The notes: generated by a model from the letters alone, not told the origin. A stretch of 64,000 nt of DNA from Bdellovibrionales bacterium (GCA_965116155.1 OZ220488.1:1304318-1368317), one strand, 5' to 3'. Numbered from the stretch's first letter, positions 37,492 through 46,836 are shown. Made by a program: numbers and translations.

Positions 37492-38274
37492 ATGCTAAAA
37501 AAATACCGTCTTGTACTTATGGCAGTGGCAGTGCTTTTTGTAGAAGCCGTGCAGGCGAAAGAGCCATACTGCGCATCGCCGGATATCACGCCTACGTTTT
37601 ATGGCGGCACCCATGCAGTGGCCCGATATGTAAAACTCATAGGGGGTATCGTTTTTTATGTGAGTCCTACTTTAGACAAGCGTTTTCATGAAGACATAAA
37701 AGCAGCAGCTAAAACCTGGAATGAGCACCTGCCTCAAGGCGCCCAAATTGCTCTTACTTTTTCACAAGCTAAATGGCGCAGTAAAATAAAAACACAAAGC
37801 GGCAAAGCAATGGCGATCATCCTAGAGCATGCTGGCGGCGTACTGCAACGCTTGCTGCGCACAGACTCACCTAATCTGCTAGAGGATCATAGTGACTTCT
37901 TGCCTGGTGGTACCATAGGCTCTGTAGAGATAGACCCTGCGCCCCCGTTGTTGCGCAAAAATCTTGAAGATATTCTCGCATACGCGATACCTTTTTTATC
38001 GCAGATTTTTATTAACAATGTTGATCATCAGTTTTATGTAATGCAAAAAATAGACGCATTCCAAGACAAGCAGCCCTTTTACGGAACCATACTCCATGAA
38101 ATGGGGCATACCCTAGGCCTAGACCACAATGACCACGACCCTAACAGCGTAATGTCTCGGCAAACATCAAGGCTGGCGCGCTTGAGTGACTCTGACATTA
38201 GGGCGATCCGCTGTGCTTATGGCATGGGCCCTCCTCGACCCTCTTTAAAGTCTTTTGCGGTGCCTGCCCCATAA
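37492..38274 (+). CDS. Secreted metzincin zinc metalloprotease (matrixin/M10-like), paralog 1
   Basis: 260 aa with a signal peptide. HEMGHTLGLDHNDHDPNSVMS (HExxHxxGxxH plus Met-turn). Conserved N-terminal KEPYCASPDITP and C-terminal SDIRAIRCAYG are shared with the two paralogs. Confidence 0.8.
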   Translation: MLKKYRLVLMAVAVLFVEAVQAKEPYCASPDITPTFYGGTHAVARYVKLIGGIVFYVSPTLDKRFHEDIKAAAKTWNEHLPQGAQIALTFSQAKWRSKIKTQSGKAMAIILEHAGGVLQRLLRTDSPNLLEDHSDFLPGGTIGSVEIDPAPPLLRKNLEDILAYAIPFLSQIFINNVDHQFYVMQKIDAFQDKQPFYGTILHEMGHTLGLDHNDHDPNSVMSRQTSRLARLSDSDIRAIRCAYGMGPPRPSLKSFAVPAP

Positions 38275-38374
38275 ACAACTCCTTAAACACATAAACAATA
38301 GGATTTGACATAGGTTTATGTGGTGCTCTACAAGAGTTGGTTAGAAAACACTTTTCTAGCAAGGAGCCAAGATT

Positions 38375-39016
38375 ATGCAGATTGGGCGCAAACTTTTAAC
38401 ACACGGCGTTTTGGTGCTGGTTTTTGGCGTAGCGGGGTTAAGCCCAGCAGCACAGGCTGAGCCTGTTGAGGGTTTGAGCAAGCACGCTGTAGCCTACGCA
38501 TATATGCAGCGCGTGCTTGAGCAATGCGCTGAAGATGCAGCTGTAGACTTGGAGCAAGCGCGCAAGAATGTGGGCGCGCTCACATCTTTAGGAGGCTTTT
38601 ACGGTGCTGCGGTGGCCTTGCTGATCTCTGGGTTTGTGACAGATTTTAAGCCCTTCGTGTGGGGTGTGCCCGTGAGTGCTGCGGTGGGGTTTGTTGGAGG
38701 TGGTTTTGCGGCATATTTTCTCTTTAGGGGGCAAGTTGATAAGCATGCAGCCTCAAGTGTCTTGGGGGAGCAGGCTCAGGCCTACCCAAGGTGCCATGGG
38801 CTTTTTGAAGTGACTTTAGAAAGTGGCAGTGTGTTTTTACAAGAGCGCGGAGGACCTTTTGGTATGCGGTGCCTTTTGGATTTGGATGTTGAGATGGATC
38901 TTTCCAGCTTGCCTGATAATACAGGTTTATTGAAGCAAAATGTTTCTTCTGTAGGCAGCTTAGAAAACACCATACTCCCACTGCCCATCCAGTACGAAAC
39001 CTGCGAGTTAATTTAA
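38375..39016 (+). CDS. 213-aa signal-peptide + two-TM protein with Cys-containing C-terminal domain (metzincin-associated partner, copy 1)
   Basis: Signal peptide (..SPAAQA-EP) and two Gly-rich TM helices. C-terminus ..CHGLFEVTLESGSVFLQE..MRCLLDLD..LPLPIQYETCELI. Paralog of 49952..50593, which has the same length. Confidence 0.6.
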   Translation: MQIGRKLLTHGVLVLVFGVAGLSPAAQAEPVEGLSKHAVAYAYMQRVLEQCAEDAAVDLEQARKNVGALTSLGGFYGAAVALLISGFVTDFKPFVWGVPVSAAVGFVGGGFAAYFLFRGQVDKHAASSVLGEQAQAYPRCHGLFEVTLESGSVFLQERGGPFGMRCLLDLDVEMDLSSLPDNTGLLKQNVSSVGSLENTILPLPIQYETCELI

Positions 39017-39369
39017 AAAGTGCGTAAGCTGTATAGGTCGTAAAAACTCTTTAAGGCTTACGTTTCGCCCCCTTACATGACACCCACTACGGGGGCCAAG
39101 GGGGCTTCACTTACTGCTTAAAGAGTTTTTACTAGCGCTTTAATTGGGCGTAAGCATCAGAGTGCTAGTAAAACAAACTTGGCCAGTAAGTGCAGTCCCA
39201 AGGCGACCATACTCCCGTCAAAGCCCCGTGCATTGAGTAAACTCAAGTTAGAGCGCTGTGGCTTGCTATTCTAGTCGACGCTGAAGCACTGTCTAAACAC
39301 CTGTAATTGTTGTTAATTTTGTTGATATTTGGGGTTCTGTTTTTGCAGGGTTTTGTGTGTTTTAGGTGA

Positions 39370-39810
39370 AGCTGTCTAGTGCACAAAAATGCCTCAGGCA
39401 GGCCCACTTGTCCCGTAAGGATAAAAGCGCCAGCAAAAACACTTTGATCAGAGACGCAGACACATTGGCAGCCCCTGCAAGGGGCGCCAGCCAAGGTGGC
39501 AAGCGAGGCTCCCATTCAAAGTGTTTTTGCGCGCTAGACAGCTATCAACGCGCCGGTAGCTTTGGACGATCTGTAGGTCCAAAGCGTACACACTCTCGTA
39601 GATGGCCCGCGCCCAAGGTGCGTAAGCATAAAAGTGGCCCCTTGAAATCTTGGGCGGATAGCGAAGCCACCTGCGCCCCTTTATGGGGTGCTAAGCAGGT
39701 GGTAAGCGGAGAGCCCCAAAATTTCAAGGGAAAACTAGATAGCTACCGGCGCTATCAGATAGACTGCGTAGGGCTGAAGTCATTTTTGTTGGCACTTTTA
39801 TGCTTACGCC
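39370..39810. repeat. Y-type element carrying two nested insertions (filled form of the 128-bp element at 55053-55180)
   Basis: Same termini and arms as 55053-55180 (AGCTGTCTAGTGCACAAAAATGC.TCAGG ... GCTGAAG.CATTTTTGTTGGCACTTTTATGCTTACGC) but 441 bp long. Confidence 0.8.
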
Positions 39811-39948
39811 AAAAACCTGCAAAATAAGCGGCCCTCTAGTGCACGGAATATTAACCTTGCAGAGGTTTTGCGTGTTAGCCCCTTGTGCTGAAGTATGTTC
39901 TCCGGCTGACTCTGGTGTAAGTTAGAGCGCTAGTAAAATTCTCTGAGG

Positions 39949-40081
39949 TAGAGTGCGTAAGCATAAAAGTGTTAGTGAGGGCGCCCTGGCCAGAGAGCGC
40001 AGCCTGCTGACACACCTTTAGGTGTGCAAGGCAAGCGGTCTAAGCCAGGGTGCCCTCACGCGCTGGATAAAGCGGCGGCGC
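39949..40081. repeat. 133-bp hairpin element, copy b
   Basis: 2 mismatches to 10962-11094. Absent from the corresponding position of composite copy 1 (about 16368). Confidence 0.9.
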
Positions 40082-40215
40082 GCTGATAGCCCCAACGGGG
40101 CGACGATCAGGGTGCCAAGCGTCTTACAGAGAATTTTGCGACCTATAAGGGATCTGCGTGCCTGTAAGATACAGTATTAAAACCCTAATGTGGCATGAAT
40201 ACGCGACAGCCGGAA

Positions 40216-40340
40216 GTGCGTAAGCATAAAAGTGTTAGTGAGGGCGCCCTGGCCAGAGAGCGCAGCCTGCTGACACACCTTTAGGTGTGCAAGGCAAGCG
40301 GCCTAAGCTAGGGCACCCTCACGTGCTGGATAGCTTTTCC
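40216..40340. repeat. 133-bp-family hairpin element, copy c (about 6 differences, different 3' tail)
   Basis: GTGCGTAAGCATAAAAGTGTTAGTGAGGGCGCCCTGG...CTAGGGCACCCTCACGTGCTGGATAG. Interrupts CAGCCGGAA^GCCGGAGAACAT, which is intact in copy 1 at 16511-16530. Confidence 0.85.
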
Positions 40341-40364
40341 CCGAAGAACATACTTCAGTCACGA

Positions 40365-41279
40365 CTATTTTAGTACTCGCACGATTTTAACAGGGCCATG
40401 GGTTGGGATTTCAAGAAGGGCCAGCACCTTTGTGCTAGTGCCATTTATAACTTGCACCATAATACTTTTTTTTGCCCTATGGGCCTCTCGTTGCAAGGGT
40501 ACTAAGCGTTTTTCTAAACCCACCGGCAACTGCCCATGGGCTAACAAGCGTGCATCTAAACCCGCAACGCAAAATTCACGAAAACCCGGCCTCAAAGCCA
40601 CCCGCAAATCTACAAAGCCCCTTCCTGCCAGAGCTTTGGGCGACTCTTCCAGCTCCTCTAAAGACAAAGCTTCCTCCACCCTCCAGGGCCCCACGCGCGT
40701 GCGCCTTAAGTTGCTGAGCACCGCACCCACACCCAAGCGTTGTCCCAAGCTATGCGCCCACGATCTAACATAAGAGCCACTGCTACAACTGAAGCTCCAC
40801 GTAGCCTGAGGCCACGCAGAAGCCGCAAGCCGTTTTATGCCCTTAAAACACATAGGCCTCACAATGCGGGGCACATCCATCCCCTTGCGTGCCTTTTTAT
40901 ACAAAGCCTCACCACCAGACTTGACGGCCGAAAAAGCCGGCACCTCTAGCTCTACAGTGCCCGACAAGTGTTTTTGCACCACTGTATCTACATGCTCCCA
41001 ACCTGGGCTAGGAGCCTTTGCTTGCTCTAACACTCGGCCCGAAATATCCCAAGTGTCTGTTACTAAGCCAAACTGCACCTTGGCCACATAGCTTTTGTCT
41101 TGCGCCAACATATAGCGCGCCACTTTAGTGGCAGGGCCCAAAAGTACCAGCATTAAGCCTGTGGCCAAAGGATCTAAAGTGCCGCTGTGCCCTACTTGCT
41201 GAATAGACAAAGCCTTACGCACACGGGCCACCACTTTGTGACTGGTGATGCCAGCCGGCTTATCAATTAACAAAAGCAT
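40365..41279 (-). CDS. truB: tRNA pseudouridine(55) synthase
   Basis: 304 aa. LLLIDKPAGITSHKVV, catalytic GHSGTLDPLATGLMLVLLG. The stop codon lies inside the terminal TAGTCG.. of the composite repeat. Confidence 0.9.
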   Translation of the reverse strand: MLLLIDKPAGITSHKVVARVRKALSIQQVGHSGTLDPLATGLMLVLLGPATKVARYMLAQDKSYVAKVQFGLVTDTWDISGRVLEQAKAPSPGWEHVDTVVQKHLSGTVELEVPAFSAVKSGGEALYKKARKGMDVPRIVRPMCFKGIKRLAASAWPQATWSFSCSSGSYVRSWAHSLGQRLGVGAVLSNLRRTRVGPWRVEEALSLEELEESPKALAGRGFVDLRVALRPGFREFCVAGLDARLLAHGQLPVGLEKRLVPLQREAHRAKKSIMVQVINGTSTKVLALLEIPTHGPVKIVRVLK

Positions 41280-41800
41280 TAATTGCCTACAACGATCTCT
41301 ATAGGCGAGGGTCGGGCTTTGGCAAACTCCATATTTTTATCTTCTTGATGAGGGTTTTGTACTACGGCATAAAAGCTCGCCCCCAACTCCATAAGCTTGT
41401 GGGCCTTGTCGCTAGGACTTAACACCCCATAATGACCCGGGCTCTTGGGGCTGCGCACAATGCGCGCCCTTTTGATACTTGCTTGTCCCTCTGGCTTGCC
41501 TGCATCCAAGGCATATAAATCCACCACTCCATAAGCCCCTAAGACTGAGTCTATGCTTTTAAAATTCACCAACTCCACAGGCACTAGCACATGCCCTTTA
41601 GGAATAAAAGTCGCAATCGGCTTATCGGGCTCTGCTTTTGGAGCGCTATCTTCAGCAGAACCTAAGTCGTAAATCAAAGCTAAAGCAAACACTCCCCCCA
41701 CTAAAGCCGCAATAATCCCCTTAGCTTTGGTGGTTTGTGTTTCGCCCACCATGCCATCTAAAAAGGCTGTAATCATTTTTTGCAATTTTTTGTAAAGCAT
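41279..41800 (-). CDS. Membrane-anchored protein, unknown function
   Basis: 173 aa with one N-terminal TM (GIIAALVGGVFALALIY). TAATG overlap with the truB start. No family recognised with confidence. Confidence 0.45.
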   Translation of the reverse strand: MLYKKLQKMITAFLDGMVGETQTTKAKGIIAALVGGVFALALIYDLGSAEDSAPKAEPDKPIATFIPKGHVLVPVELVNFKSIDSVLGAYGVVDLYALDAGKPEGQASIKRARIVRSPKSPGHYGVLSPSDKAHKLMELGASFYAVVQNPHQEDKNMEFAKARPSPIEIVVGN

Positions 41801-41803
41801 GTG

Positions 41804-42010
41804 TTAACTCACAGTCTTAAACAGGTGCTGTTTTTGTAACTCTAAAAAAATCACCTCCCCCACGCCCCAAATGGCAAAACAAAAAACCATCAGCGAGCAA
41901 AATACCACTAAAAACTCCCACACCACAACGCCTTTGTCACAAATCCCTAAAATGCTTGGTGCTCGCAGGCTGGGTGTATTTTTAGTATTAGCAGGCTTTT
42001 TTTGTGTCAT
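41804..42010 (-). CDS. Possible small membrane protein
   Basis: ORF 41804..42052. The ATG at 42010 gives 68 aa with one long hydrophobic segment. Overlaps the fadD 3' end by 23 nt. Weak support. Confidence 0.3.
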   Translation of the reverse strand: MTQKKPANTKNTPSLRAPSILGICDKGVVVWEFLVVFCSLMVFCFAIWGVGEVIFLELQKQHLFKTVS

Positions 42011-43742
42011 TGTTTTTTGTCTCCAGAAGTTTACGCCGCAGTACTTTGCCAATAGGGCTCTTAGGCAGTTCTGATTTGATCTCTAAGCCTCTAGGAGTTT
42101 TATAAGCCACCAGTTTGTCGCGGCAAAATTTTTGCAAATCCGGCAAATCCAGCGACGCGCCTTGTTTTAACACGGCAAACACCTTTACGCTTTCTCCCGT
42201 TTTAGGGTGTGGCACACCTACGGCTGCAATCTCCGCCACAGCAGGGTGCTGCATGCAGATATCCTCAACCTCGTTAGGGTACACATTAAAGCCCGATACC
42301 AAAATCATGTCCTTTTTACGGTCCACTAATTTTACATAACCATCATCCGCTACTGATGCTACATCCCCCGTACGTAACCAGGACTCTTGCAAAACTTTGG
42401 CGGTTTCTTCAGGGCGCTCCCAATAGCCCTGCATCACCTGCGGGCCCTTTACCCAGAGCTCGCCAGGCTCTGTACCTTTGACATCCTCCCCCTTGTCGTT
42501 AACTACACGAACCTGTGTCGAGGGCACTGGCAAGCCTACAGTGCTAAGGCGGTTTTTTGCTGGATCAAAAGGGTTCACGCAAACAACAGGCGAAGCCTCA
42601 GTCAGGCCATAGCCTTCTACAATGTACTGGCCAGTGATTTGCTTCCAATGCTCTTGCACCTGCGACTGCACCGCGGCGCCACCCCCTACAGAGATTTTGA
42701 GCTTTGAGAAATCTAAAAGCCTAAATTCCTCCCTGTTACACAAAGCCGCAAACAGAGTGTTGACACCCGTAAAAACCGTAAAAGGAGTTTTGCTTAAAAC
42801 CTTTGTAAAAGCCTCCATGTCCCTGGGATTAGGAATCAAAACACTCTTTGCTCCCTGGCGCAACATGCACAGCCCATTCACCACGAGAGCAAAAATATGG
42901 TACAGAGGCAAAGCCGTAATCACCACCTCTTTGCCGGGCTCTAATATTTTGTCTAAACCCCAATGGTGCACTTGCAGCATATTGGCGCAAACATTACGGT
43001 GCGACAGCATCGCCCCCTTAGACACACCCGTTGTGCCACCCGTGTATTGCAAAAAAGCCAAATCCTCAGACAGTATGTGGGGCTTTTTTAGCGGGCGGTA
43101 GGCGCCTGCCTTTAAGGCCTGCGGCAAGTTATAGCTTTGGGGCAAGTTATAAGCAGGGACCATTTTTTTAACTTTGCGCACCGCCCAGTTTGTGAGCATT
43201 CCCTTGGGCCAAGGCATTAAGTCTCCCACCTGCGCTGTTACTGCATGCTGCAAAGGAGTTTGGTCCCATATGTTTTGCAGTTTGTGCGCAAAGTTTTCAA
43301 AGATCACAATAGCCTTGGCGCCAGAGTCTTTTAGCTGATGCTGCATCTCGCGCTCGGTGTACAGAGGGTTAACATTTACCACAACCAAGCCCGCACGCAA
43401 GGCGCCTATTAGAGCCACAGAGTAGCTGAGTATATTGGGTAGTTGCAGGGCTATGCGATCGCCTTTTTCAAGGCGCAGGACATTTTGCAAAAACCCCGCA
43501 AACTGCAAAGATTTTGCATCGAGCTCTTTGTAACTCAGCTGCGCCCCCATGCACTCTAGAGCCGGTGCACTGGCAAAGCGCTTAAAGGCGGTTTCAATCT
43601 CCTGCACTAAGTTAATGTCTTGAGGCAGTTCGATATTATGAGGCACTCCCTCAGAGTAACTTTTAAGCCATTGTTTTGCTTCTATCATCACCCATGTCTC
43701 CCCTTTTTTGTTTTTTGCGCGGTCTTTAACTCTTTTATGCAA
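41988..43742 (-). CDS. fadD: Long-chain-fatty-acid--CoA ligase (AMP-binding family)
   Basis: 584 aa. AMP-binding motif YTGGTTGVSKGAMLSHRN, then GYGLTE, TGD and K at the C-terminal motif (GKVLRR). Confidence 0.85.
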   Translation of the reverse strand: MHKRVKDRAKNKKGETWVMIEAKQWLKSYSEGVPHNIELPQDINLVQEIETAFKRFASAPALECMGAQLSYKELDAKSLQFAGFLQNVLRLEKGDRIALQLPNILSYSVALIGALRAGLVVVNVNPLYTEREMQHQLKDSGAKAIVIFENFAHKLQNIWDQTPLQHAVTAQVGDLMPWPKGMLTNWAVRKVKKMVPAYNLPQSYNLPQALKAGAYRPLKKPHILSEDLAFLQYTGGTTGVSKGAMLSHRNVCANMLQVHHWGLDKILEPGKEVVITALPLYHIFALVVNGLCMLRQGAKSVLIPNPRDMEAFTKVLSKTPFTVFTGVNTLFAALCNREEFRLLDFSKLKISVGGGAAVQSQVQEHWKQITGQYIVEGYGLTEASPVVCVNPFDPAKNRLSTVGLPVPSTQVRVVNDKGEDVKGTEPGELWVKGPQVMQGYWERPEETAKVLQESWLRTGDVASVADDGYVKLVDRKKDMILVSGFNVYPNEVEDICMQHPAVAEIAAVGVPHPKTGESVKVFAVLKQGASLDLPDLQKFCRDKLVAYKTPRGLEIKSELPKSPIGKVLRRKLLETKNNDTKKAC

Positions 43743-43943
43743 GTGTGTGGTTTGGGGCGCCAGTAGTACTGTCTCTCATCCATACCAGACCTACATGGAC
43801 ACAGTATAAGCTGCACTAGTAAAAAACAGCTACGCCGCACAGCGTAAAAGCTATGCGCAAGAACGCCAGTCTTTCGTTTCACTATGCCTGCCTGGCAGGG
43901 CCCGAAGGGTCCGGATACCAGGCGGGCCAATAACAACTGGGAA

Positions 43944-43991
43944 CCATAAAAGCACATCTCACACTATTAGGTGTGAGATGTGCTTTTATGG
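43944..43991 (-). terminator. Perfect 21-bp-stem hairpin overlapping the last codons and stop of the LolC/E-like gene
   Basis: CCATAAAAGCACATCTCACAC-tattag-GTGTGAGATGTGCTTTTATGG. The stop (43967-43969) is in the loop. The arm sequence is related to the hairpin at 48606-48655 and to the ..GCATAAAAG.. repeat terminus. Confidence 0.55.
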
Positions 43992-45154
43992 TCACGCCTT
44001 AGAATCCAGGCTAAGAGTAGGCATAGGCTTCCTACGCCCAAAAAAATGCCTGAGCTCGGCTCAGAGGGCAGGGTGGTGTCGTAGTAAATATCGGGCAGTA
44101 TGTCTAAGGGCCACCATTTTAAATAAAACGCTACTCCCGCGCCCCAAAAAATGCCCGCTACTGCACTAAGGGCAAAAAGCCAAAAGCTGATATTAGCAAA
44201 AATCAGGCCCAGTTGTTTTTGCGGCACCCCTAGAGCGTGCAGGATTTTAATGTCTTGTTTTTTTTGCGTTAAAAGCAAAGCCTTTAAGCCAAATACAGAA
44301 AAAGAAGTAATCAAAACACTTAGCACCAAGAACAGCGCGATGAGTATTTTTTCGATCCTTAAGGCATAAAACAGCAGCCGGTTGCGCTCGGCCCAGCTTT
44401 TAATGCTAAATTCCGCCCCCTGCATGGATAGGCTTTTGCTCCACATGGTTTTCAAGCGCTCTGCCTTGTGGGGGTTTGTAAGCCACAGCTCAACGCCATG
44501 CATTTTAGTACTGCCCCAGCGGAAGTTAAAATGCTTCGACCCCATGGGGTAAAATACAAAGCCTTGAGGCTGCTCGCTAGAGTCCTCTAAAACCCGAGCC
44601 ACTTGAACTGCGTTAAAATTCAACCCATCCCCTATGGGTAGCAGTAGGTTTTCGCTGGGTGCTATAAGCAGCTCTTCGCCGACAAAGCTTATCAAGCGCT
44701 GGGCTAAAAAAGATCCCAACACCACCTGCTTGGGGGTGAGCTTTGCGCTCGTGCCATTACCTGCGTCATTATCTGTGCCATTATTGGGGTAGAGCTTTTG
44801 CAAATCCTCTTGCGGCAAGGCCTTAGCGATGGCTCCGCTAAACAGCCCCTCGTGATTTAAAACTATAATATCTTGCTCTGCAAAAGGGCGTGCGTAAGAG
44901 TAGTGCGGCAGAGCTTTGGCTGTGGCTAAAGCTTTATCGGCACGGGCCTTGCTGGAGCTTTGCAGCACCAAGTGCGCTTCGCGCTTTAGTAGTTTTTTTT
45001 GCAAGCTCTGATTAAAACCATTTACCACGCTTAAGCACAGCACCAAGGCGCCCACCGCTATGCACACCGAGGCTCCACTAAGGCGCATAAGGGTTTTTAT
45101 GACCGAGTGCGCGCGGGGCGAAAAAGCATAACGCAAAAAAAGCTCTAAACTCAT
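43967..45154 (-). CDS. LolC/LolE-type (FtsX/MacB-like) ABC transporter permease
   Basis: ORF 43967..45268. The ATG at 45154 (MSLELFLRYAFSPRAHSVIKTL..) matches the family N-terminus and removes the overlap with the divergent gene. Four TMs, a large periplasmic loop and an FtsX-type C-terminal 3-TM bundle. Confidence 0.75.
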   Translation of the reverse strand: MSLELFLRYAFSPRAHSVIKTLMRLSGASVCIAVGALVLCLSVVNGFNQSLQKKLLKREAHLVLQSSSKARADKALATAKALPHYSYARPFAEQDIIVLNHEGLFSGAIAKALPQEDLQKLYPNNGTDNDAGNGTSAKLTPKQVVLGSFLAQRLISFVGEELLIAPSENLLLPIGDGLNFNAVQVARVLEDSSEQPQGFVFYPMGSKHFNFRWGSTKMHGVELWLTNPHKAERLKTMWSKSLSMQGAEFSIKSWAERNRLLFYALRIEKILIALFLVLSVLITSFSVFGLKALLLTQKKQDIKILHALGVPQKQLGLIFANISFWLFALSAVAGIFWGAGVAFYLKWWPLDILPDIYYDTTLPSEPSSGIFLGVGSLCLLLAWILRRDHKSTSHT

Positions 45155-45250
45155 TAGGGCGCTGGGGTTATTTGACAGCTTGTTTGACAGCTTGGTGTCT
45201 TTGGTGTTTGCTGTGGCGGTATGGGGTAACTCTGGCGGCATATAAAGTTT

Positions 45251-45961
45251 ATGGACAAGTTTACGCAAAAATTCACCCCCACTGTACAGGTTTTCACCCG
45301 CAACTCACAAGGCCTGCCTGTGGTGGGTTTTGCTTTTTCAAAAACTCCACGCGTCTCATCTAAAGTGCTGGGGCCCAAGGTGCTGGTGTTGGGGGGAGTG
45401 CATGGGGACGAGCCTGAGGGCATAGCAGCTGCTTGGGGCTTAATTGATAGCTGTTATGGCAGTATGCCTGATGTGGAGCTTTTGATTATGCCCGTATTTA
45501 ATCCTTATGGAGCCATGCATGCGCGCCGGCAAAACGCGGCCGGGGTGGATCTTAACCGCAATCTGCCTTCGCAAGACTGGAGCCCTCAGCCCACTAAGCC
45601 CAAATACCAACCGGGCCCCAAGCCTGCAAGCGAGCCCGAAACCCAAGCCCTGGTGCAGCACTTGGCTCAGGCGCAGACACGGCCGGATATTATTATCTCT
45701 CTACACTCTTGGCATCCTATGCTAAACACCAACGGAGACTGCAGCCCCGTAGTGGAGCGCATTGCAGAGGTAACGGGGTATAAAATCACGCCCGACATCG
45801 GTTACCCTACGCCGGGTAGTTTGGGCGCTTATTGTCAGGAGCTGGGGGTGCCTTGCTTGACTTACGAGATCGAGCGCGGCTTAGCATTAGAGCGGGTTAT
45901 TTTGCAGCATGTGCCTGCTTTGCAAGAGGGTTTAAAGGCCATGGCAAAAGGCCGCACTTAG
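45251..45961 (+). CDS. M14-family zinc carboxypeptidase / murein peptide amidase (MpaA-like)
   Basis: 236 aa. GGVHGDEPEG (HxxE zinc site), NPYG, GVDLNRN, LHSW. Confidence 0.7.
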   Translation: MDKFTQKFTPTVQVFTRNSQGLPVVGFAFSKTPRVSSKVLGPKVLVLGGVHGDEPEGIAAAWGLIDSCYGSMPDVELLIMPVFNPYGAMHARRQNAAGVDLNRNLPSQDWSPQPTKPKYQPGPKPASEPETQALVQHLAQAQTRPDIIISLHSWHPMLNTNGDCSPVVERIAEVTGYKITPDIGYPTPGSLGAYCQELGVPCLTYEIERGLALERVILQHVPALQEGLKAMAKGRT

Positions 45962-45979
45962 CAACTAAGAGGAGCGCAG

Positions 45980-46789
45980 ATGAACTTAGAAGACCGCATT
46001 CAAAGCGTGGCGCAAAAGGGCGCAAGCTGGCAGCCCACTGCAGACGAGGCCAAGTGGGTGCAGGAGGCTATTGCGCTTTTAGATAGCGGCGCCAAAAGGG
46101 TGTGTGAGGTTTTGCCGGATTCTTCTTTGCGCGTGCACAAGTGGTTGCAGCAGGCAATTTTGCTGTATTTTAAAATTCAACCTATGCAAAAAACTAAGGC
46201 TGGCGATTTGCATTTTTACGATAAAGTCCCACTCAAGCGCCCCGCCCCCGGGGTGCGGGTGGTGCCTCCTGCAACGGTGCGCTACGGGGCTTTTGTAGAA
46301 TCCGGCGCTGTGCTGATGCCTTGTTATATTAACATTGGCGCGCGTGTGGGTGCGGGCACCATGGTAGACACCTGGGCCACTGTGGGCTCGTCAGCTCAAG
46401 TGGGGCGCCGGGTGCATCTTTCGGGTGGTGTAGGCTTAGGCGGAGTGTTGGAGCCCCTAGGGGCGCAGCCTGTTGTCATAGAGGATGATGTTTTTTTAGG
46501 TTCGCGTGCTGTTGTGGTGGAGGGAGTGCGGGTCCGCAAAGGCGCCGTTATAGGCGCAGGTGTTGTGCTGACGGCTTCTACCCCGATTATTGATGTGAGC
46601 GGGGGTGTAGAAAAAACCTACAAAGGCGAAGTGCCCGAAAACACCGTGGTCGTGCCTGGGCAAAGGCCTAAGACCTTTGCTTCTGGCAGCACGTATTCCG
46701 TGCCCTGCGCCCTTATTATTGGCAAGCGTCACAAGGGTACAGACCAAAAAACCGCCCTCAACGAAGCCTTGCGGAGCCACTCGCCATAA
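45980..46789 (+). CDS. dapD: 2,3,4,5-tetrahydropyridine-2,6-dicarboxylate N-succinyltransferase
   Basis: 269 aa. N-terminal helical domain followed by left-handed beta-helix hexapeptide repeats (INIGARVGAGTMVDTWATVGSSAQVG..IEDDVFLGSRAVVVEGV). Length and layout match DapD. Confidence 0.8.
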   Translation: MNLEDRIQSVAQKGASWQPTADEAKWVQEAIALLDSGAKRVCEVLPDSSLRVHKWLQQAILLYFKIQPMQKTKAGDLHFYDKVPLKRPAPGVRVVPPATVRYGAFVESGAVLMPCYINIGARVGAGTMVDTWATVGSSAQVGRRVHLSGGVGLGGVLEPLGAQPVVIEDDVFLGSRAVVVEGVRVRKGAVIGAGVVLTASTPIIDVSGGVEKTYKGEVPENTVVVPGQRPKTFASGSTYSVPCALIIGKRHKGTDQKTALNEALRSHSP

Positions 46790-46836
46790 ACCCCAAGCTA
46801 GTGTATGCTGGCTGTTGGGATTATCTGGAGGAATGC

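Larger units (their letters stand above)
39017..40364. repeat. 1.35-kb non-coding mosaic of nested hairpin elements (array R9; includes composite copy 2, 39261-40376)
   Basis: No credible CDS. Built entirely from units seen elsewhere: X-type (39030-39144, 39922-40150), Y-type (39370-39810 containing inverted Y at 39413-39543 and a TIR element at 39623-39810), and 133-bp elements at 39949-40081 and 40216-40340. Confidence 0.9.

Noticed and set aside
39243-39827. ORFs 39366..39827 (+, 153 aa) and 39243..39515 (-). Also similar ORFs at 11126..11338, 14063..14332, 15976..16173, 29452..29676, 51852..52070 and 54960..55235
   Set aside because: All lie wholly within palindromic repeat arrays. The same DNA recurs in both orientations elsewhere, so reading frames are not preserved. 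No RBS or sensible protein features.
39017-40364. Possible CRISPR array, because of dense repeats in a 1.35-kb non-coding gap
   Set aside because: Repeats are inverted and nested, of unequal length and irregular spacing. There is no series of identical direct repeats with unique spacers and no cas genes in the window.
43743-43943. 200-nt leader upstream of fadD with a small G/C hairpin (CCTGCCTGGCAGGGCCCGAAGGGTCCGGATACCAGGCGGG); considered as an sRNA or riboswitch
   Set aside because: No match to any RNA family I know. Could simply be promoter/5'-UTR. Needs cmscan or RNA-seq.
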